The notes beneath the pieces are model-generated. The model ran no database searches and was not told the DNA's origin. It saw nothing but the letters and a program-made list of their open reading frames with translations. DNA of 41,577 nt from Candidatus Zixiibacteriota bacterium (GTDB lineage Bacteria > Zixibacteria > MSB-5A5 > GN15 > FEB-12): positions 1 through 41,577 of the forward strand of contig JAOUEU010000003.1 in assembly GCA_029858555.1 (NCBI GenBank), read 5' to 3'. Of the stretch, positions 37,294 through 41,577 are shown one piece after another. The translations under genes and the position numbers were made by a program. Positions within the stretch are counted from its first letter, which is position 1; each line of letters opens with the position of its first letter.

Positions 37294-40200
37294 TTAGATA
37301 TTAACCTCCACGCCAACCCTGATCTGACGGCCGTAATCCCAGTTCTCGGGATCAAGGTCGTAAGGAGTGCCGCCCTTGATGACCTGACTCTGATTTTGCT
37401 GCGTGTCAGGACGGCCGGTATTTTCATAGACTTCTACCACGTTGCGGCTGTCAAATACATTCTCCACCCAGAGAATGAAACTGTAATCAAGCCCGGCCAG
37501 CTTGAAATCCTTGGTTAAACGAACGTCAAACGTTACTATGGCCGGTTTCCTCAGCGAGTTCGTCTGAATATCCTCGCCCGTGCTGGCCGATATGTTCGGG
37601 TACGAGCGATCCGGCGTGAAGGGGCGACCGCTCTCGATAAACGTTTCAATCGCCAGCGACCAGCCGTTTGGTATCGGCAACCCGAACAGCCTCGGCTTCA
37701 CCGTACTCGGGATAAAGATCTGAATGTTCGATTTCAACGAGTGCCGGACGTCGTTGTCGAGAGCCGCCTCGGACAGGGGTTCCCGTGACAGTTGGAAATC
37801 AGACATATAGTTCTCGTTGGTCTGCGAGGCCTTGCCGAACGCAAACGCGTAGGTGTAACTGACCATGCCGTTGACATACCCGCCGCCGCGCTTCTCCAAC
37901 TGCAACTCAAAACCGCGGCTCCGGCCGTAGTCGCCGTTGCGGTACTGCTGGCGGGTCAGGCCGCCGACACGCACCGACTTGGCGTTGATCTTGTCAAATT
38001 CGTCCTTGAAATAACCGGAAATGTCAACCGAGTAATTCTCCGACATGGCGTATTTGACGCCGAAGGAATATTGAATCGTCTTCTGATAATCGAGATTGTA
38101 GTTGCCGACAATCGTGTTCTCATTCACGGCCACCGTATTCCGGGCATACATCCATCTCAACGACGGCAATTGGAAGAAGTGACCGTAGTTGAAGTGGACT
38201 TTCGCCTTGTCGGATATCGGGTACGAGAAACCGATACGCGGCGAGAATTTCTGGCGATCGCCGTAGATGATGCCGGAACCGAGATCGTCGGCCTTGGCGA
38301 CGTCCACCAGGTCCCACTTATCCTGAATGAAGAAATCCCACCGGAAGCCCAGAGAGGCGATCATCGAACCGTACTCGATCTTGTCGCGAAGGTAAACGGT
38401 CCCGCCCCATGGCGAGTAGCTGAACATATCACGGAAAGCGCCGCGATTGGCATATGTGCCGCTGTCCGAACGACCCGTGTAGAGAATATACGGCTTCTCG
38501 ATCTCCTGATAATTGAAGTCGTCCCGGTGAACAGCCACACCGCCCTTCAACTCATGATTGCCCAACTGCCAGAACAGCTTCAACTCGCCGCGGACGGTCT
38601 TGGTGATCCGGTCATGCCAGGTAGCATCCTCGTCGTAAGAGACCGGGTCGAAAAACGTCGACGTTCCACCGCCATCCCAGGCGCCGTTGCCGTTGACGTC
38701 TATAAACGGTTCACCCTGGTCATATTCGAAATTCGGGGCATCGTAGATGCCGTTCCCGTTGCGGTCGACATACGGCGTGCCGATTGACCAAAAGTCGTTC
38801 GGCCCGTCATAACGGCCGTTATAATTGTAATCCATGTTATCCGGGCCGACCGACTTGATGAATATATCGATGCCCGCGTCGTAAATGTTGTTGCCGTTAA
38901 TGTCGACGAAGGGCTCGCCGATGACCGAATCGCCATCGATGTAGGGCTCCGGATTGCGCTGGTTGATGCGCGACAGCCGATAATCATCAAGAAGGCCGTT
39001 GCCGTTCTTGTCATGGAGATAGTCTCCGGCGTCCCAGATGCCGTTGCCGTTCAGATCGATGAACGGTTCGCCCTCCAGGCTGTCGATGATGCCGTTGTCA
39101 TTGAAACGGAAAGTCGAGGAGTCGAACCCGCCTCCCTGCTGAACCACCACCTCAAAGAGACCCGTTTCACCGAAGGTGTAACCGGGACCCGTGAAATTGT
39201 CGCCGTAGACCGCCGTATCCGGGAACAGGTTGATAATCGGCTCCGGAGGATCATAGACGCCGTTGCCGTTTCTGTCTTCGAAATCCTCCCACTGGTAATC
39301 GAACAAAAAGTCATCCGGCTCCAGGCCGTGCCCCGGACGATTGGGATCGCCCGGCTTCTGTGTCAGGCCGTTCTCAGTATAAGATAGGACCAATTCGTAG
39401 TTCATCCGCTTGGTGACCGACTGCGAAACCTCCAGCGAAAGCGAATTCCAGGTAACCTCCTGAACCGGAGCTGTGATGGCGCTGTAACGATAGTCCCAGT
39501 CAAAGACGGTCGCCAGCGTCTTGGATTCTTTGTACGAAACAATGAACTTCAGGTTCTGCTTGGGCCGAAACTTGAAGTTGGCCATCCAGTAGTACTTGTT
39601 GATCCGCCGGTCGGGGATGTCTAGCCCGAAGAGGTTGAAGGAACCGGTCGGCCGCACCGTGCTGGGAGTGTCGTACCGCTCGTATTGATAAACACCGTCG
39701 CTCTTATCGATCTCGCCGTAAAGGAAGTATGTAAACTCCTTATCTTCCAGGAAGTTGATTCCCAGCGCCGGCAGTATCTTCGATTTAAATATGGGATCGG
39801 GTCCCTTCAGCGTGACTCTCAGATAATCGTTATTGCGCGAATACTTGTTCAACGCCTCGTTGCCGAAATCGTCGGTCAGAAAATGAATATTGAGATTCGT
39901 GTTGTCCTTGGACCCCGTCTGCGTGGTGATCTTGACAATACCCGACAGCGCGTCTCCGTATTCGGGATCGAAACCATCTTTAATCACCGTAAATTCCTGA
40001 ATCGAGCCCGACACCAATGAAAGATTGGCGCCGGCCGCCTGGCCCAACCCCCCCAGCGGATCGCCAATGGGAACACCGTCTACGATATACGAAATCTCAC
40101 CGGCTCGGCCACCGCGAATAAATACCTCACCGGACGTGTTAGTCACCACGCCGGCTACCTGCGTCAGCAACTCGTCCACCGTGGTCACCGGCTGCCTCTC

Positions 40201-40641
40201 AATAACTTCCTTCGTTATCGATATCTGGTTGGAAACCTCAAAACGGTCAATAATATCGACCTCACCGCGGACGGTAATCGTCTCATCCAGTTCGGAAACC
40301 TTCTTTTCCAGGTCCCGCGATATTTCGGTCGTCAAGTCGGCTTTGACCATCACATCGAGGACCTCCACCGTCTTGTACTCGATGTGCGAAATTTTGATGG
40401 TGTACGAGCCCGGCTCAACCTGGTAAATCATGTAATTGCCGTCGAGATCACTCTGCGCACCCAGCCTGGTGCCCACAATGAACACCGAAGCTCCGATCAC
40501 CGGCTCCTTAGTCTCCGCATCTATCAACGTTCCCTTGACCTTACCGGTCGCGGCCGCGTAGACATTTAACGGAAGGACGGCCAGACACGCCGCCACAACG
40601 ATCAACCACTTCAACAGCTTCCCGCGACTTGACAACATCAC
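37294..40641 (-). CDS. TonB-dependent receptor with N-terminal carboxypeptidase-regulatory-like domain and an inserted Ca-binding repeat block
   Basis: GKVKG..ID..T.EP.IGA; plug IRGGR..E..YIVDG, GFDPEYG.ALSGIV.I.T; SPRIGFSYP, NYGHFFQ.P, VENVFD; GAGGAG RBS. Confidence 0.92.
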   Translation of the reverse strand: MMLSSRGKLLKWLIVVAACLAVLPLNVYAAATGKVKGTLIDAETKEPVIGASVFIVGTRLGAQSDLDGNYMIYQVEPGSYTIKISHIEYKTVEVLDVMVKADLTTEISRDLEKKVSELDETITVRGEVDIIDRFEVSNQISITKEVIERQPVTTVDELLTQVAGVVTNTSGEVFIRGGRAGEISYIVDGVPIGDPLGGLGQAAGANLSLVSGSIQEFTVIKDGFDPEYGDALSGIVKITTQTGSKDNTNLNIHFLTDDFGNEALNKYSRNNDYLRVTLKGPDPIFKSKILPALGINFLEDKEFTYFLYGEIDKSDGVYQYERYDTPSTVRPTGSFNLFGLDIPDRRINKYYWMANFKFRPKQNLKFIVSYKESKTLATVFDWDYRYSAITAPVQEVTWNSLSLEVSQSVTKRMNYELVLSYTENGLTQKPGDPNRPGHGLEPDDFLFDYQWEDFEDRNGNGVYDPPEPIINLFPDTAVYGDNFTGPGYTFGETGLFEVVVQQGGGFDSSTFRFNDNGIIDSLEGEPFIDLNGNGIWDAGDYLHDKNGNGLLDDYRLSRINQRNPEPYIDGDSVIGEPFVDINGNNIYDAGIDIFIKSVGPDNMDYNYNGRYDGPNDFWSIGTPYVDRNGNGIYDAPNFEYDQGEPFIDVNGNGAWDGGGTSTFFDPVSYDEDATWHDRITKTVRGELKLFWQLGNHELKGGVAVHRDDFNYQEIEKPYILYTGRSDSGTYANRGAFRDMFSYSPWGGTVYLRDKIEYGSMIASLGFRWDFFIQDKWDLVDVAKADDLGSGIIYGDRQKFSPRIGFSYPISDKAKVHFNYGHFFQLPSLRWMYARNTVAVNENTIVGNYNLDYQKTIQYSFGVKYAMSENYSVDISGYFKDEFDKINAKSVRVGGLTRQQYRNGDYGRSRGFELQLEKRGGGYVNGMVSYTYAFAFGKASQTNENYMSDFQLSREPLSEAALDNDVRHSLKSNIQIFIPSTVKPRLFGLPIPNGWSLAIETFIESGRPFTPDRSYPNISASTGEDIQTNSLRKPAIVTFDVRLTKDFKLAGLDYSFILWVENVFDSRNVVEVYENTGRPDTQQNQSQVIKGGTPYDLDPENWDYGRQIRVGVEVNI
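38670..39285 (-). repeat. Intragenic degenerate repeats (GEP)F.DxNGNGxxD, about 7-8 copies
   Basis: DRNGNGVYD, NDNGIID, DLNGNGIWD, DKNGNGLLD, DINGNNIYD, DYNYNGRYD, DRNGNGIYD, DVNGNGAWD. Confidence 0.85.
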
Positions 40642-40851
40642 TGTATCTCCTCAAACGATTGCAGATTTTAGTCACATGGTCACGCGCGTGCCCGATTATG
40701 GCCGCCGGACACGCACAATATCCTGTCATGTAACGGCTTGGAGGTGTTCGTGGGATATGAACTACCTGCTGTACCAACCTTCCCAAATAGCAAAAGTCCT
40801 CTACCTACCTCCGGTAGCCTCAAACATTTAATGCTGTGCTTACAGACGAGA

Positions 40852-40881
40852 AAGATAGTCCTGCTCCTCCTGGTAAGTCAA
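40852..40881 (-). promoter_or_regulatory. sigma70-type promoter for the TBDR operon (~200-nt leader)
   Basis: TTGACT-N18-TATCTT on the minus strand. Confidence 0.55.
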
Positions 40882-40946
40882 GCGATTTTTTGGCTCAGTC
40901 CGCCTTCAACGCTACTACTTATAGACTGTTACGGTGATAAACGTGT

Positions 40947-41576
40947 TTAATAAATTCCGCGGCGTGACAGACTGTTTTTTTGCAGAAAAGCGACCTCCTT
41001 TGTCAGTTCCGTGCGCTCCTGTTCGCTCAGTGTTGCCTCTTCGATATCAAGATCAAACCAGGAACTCACTACGTCCCGAAACAGGTCGGCTAAGATATTA
41101 AATTCCGCGGCGTTAAGGGCTTCCAACTCATTCGCGGCCTTTGTGCTGACACGCGCCCGTCCCAGGGCTGGGTGCCAGGCCGCTCCCCGAATTTTCAGCG
41201 ACCCGTGCTGCAGAAAGCTGCCGCCGATGCGACGCTGGGCGGAGGCTGCCACCTTTTGCCCTCCCGCCACCAACTCGTGCCGCGATGCCGAGGCGAAACA
41301 GGGTGCCTTGTGAAAGAAGCCGGGCTGCCCGTCGGGCACTCCGGCGTCACGTGCGAAGCTGCATGCAATCCCGAGACGCTGCAAATAGACTTTGAGCGCG
41401 GCCGCCACTGCCTTTGAGGACGCCGACAGCGACCCGGCCAGGCTGTCCCTTTCCGAGCCCGCCGTATTGACGGCAATGGCGTACGTCACTTCGGAAGGAT
41501 CGTGAAAAAGCGCCCGGCCGCCGGTCACACGCCTGATAACGGTCGTGTCGCCTGTCTTGGAAAAGTCGAGAGCCGT
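40947..41576 (-). CDS. Lipoate-protein ligase/octanoyltransferase (LplA/LipM family), 5'-truncated by the window edge
   Basis: Frame open to the edge: ...TTVIRRVTGGRALFHD..EVTY, PCF...S.HEL, KVAASAQRR, LQHGS. Confidence 0.88.
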   Translation of the reverse strand, partial: TALDFSKTGDTTVIRRVTGGRALFHDPSEVTYAIAVNTAGSERDSLAGSLSASSKAVAAALKVYLQRLGIACSFARDAGVPDGQPGFFHKAPCFASASRHELVAGGQKVAASAQRRIGGSFLQHGSLKIRGAAWHPALGRARVSTKAANELEALNAAEFNILADLFRDVVSSWFDLDIEEATLSEQERTELTKEVAFLQKNSLSRRGIY

Positions 41577-41577
41577 C

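Noticed and set aside
38670-39285. Recurrent gccgttgccgtt DNA repeats as a CRISPR or other non-coding array
   Set aside because: They encode the NGNG peptide repeats inside the TBDR; spacing is irregular and there are no cas genes.
40760-40800. GGGAAGG in the TBDR leader suggesting a cobalamin riboswitch
   Set aside because: The other conserved elements (GCCCCCGC/ACTGT, GCCACTG, AGyCAGrA) are not present.

Overview
Bacterial chromosomal window of moderately high GC. The gene content suggests a non-Bacteroidota member of the FCB superphylum, e.g. Zixibacteria-like (inference from PorV/PorQ-type barrels, 'QNYPNPFNP...WDG...SGVYFY' C-terminal sorting domains, a multiheme cytochrome and canonical sigma70 promoters). 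I see no rRNA, tRNA, CRISPR array or mobile element. Left to right: (i) a PorZ-like beta-propeller+CTD gene followed by two PorV/PorQ-family barrels; (ii) an SPFH/zinc-ribbon pair (YdjI/YdjG-like); (iii) a multiheme c-type cytochrome lipoprotein with three PKD domains; (iv) orphan etfA and dusB; (v) an FHA-FHA / metallophosphatase / CHASE2-Ser/Thr kinase operon; (vi) a housekeeping operon ecfT-truA-tal-purB-psd-pssA-purS-purQ-DUF4321-tatA-hypothetical; (vii) fur-feoA-feoB-small Cys-rich gene with a Fur box; (viii) two CTD-bearing secreted proteases (S8, M6) behind a sigma54-type promoter; (ix) a GT-C/TPR membrane glycosyltransferase; (x) a TonB-dependent receptor with a Ca-binding repeat insert, a third PorV-like barrel and a large lipoprotein; (xi) a partial lipoate ligase. 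Best leads: a divergent T9SS-like surface-display toolkit; strong enrichment of D-[ST]-[AILVMT] O-glycosylation sequons in exported proteins next to a candidate GT-C transferase; the reader/eraser/writer phospho-signalling cassette; and a shared leader motif in front of both PorV-containing operons. All family assignments come from motif recognition by eye, not from database searches.
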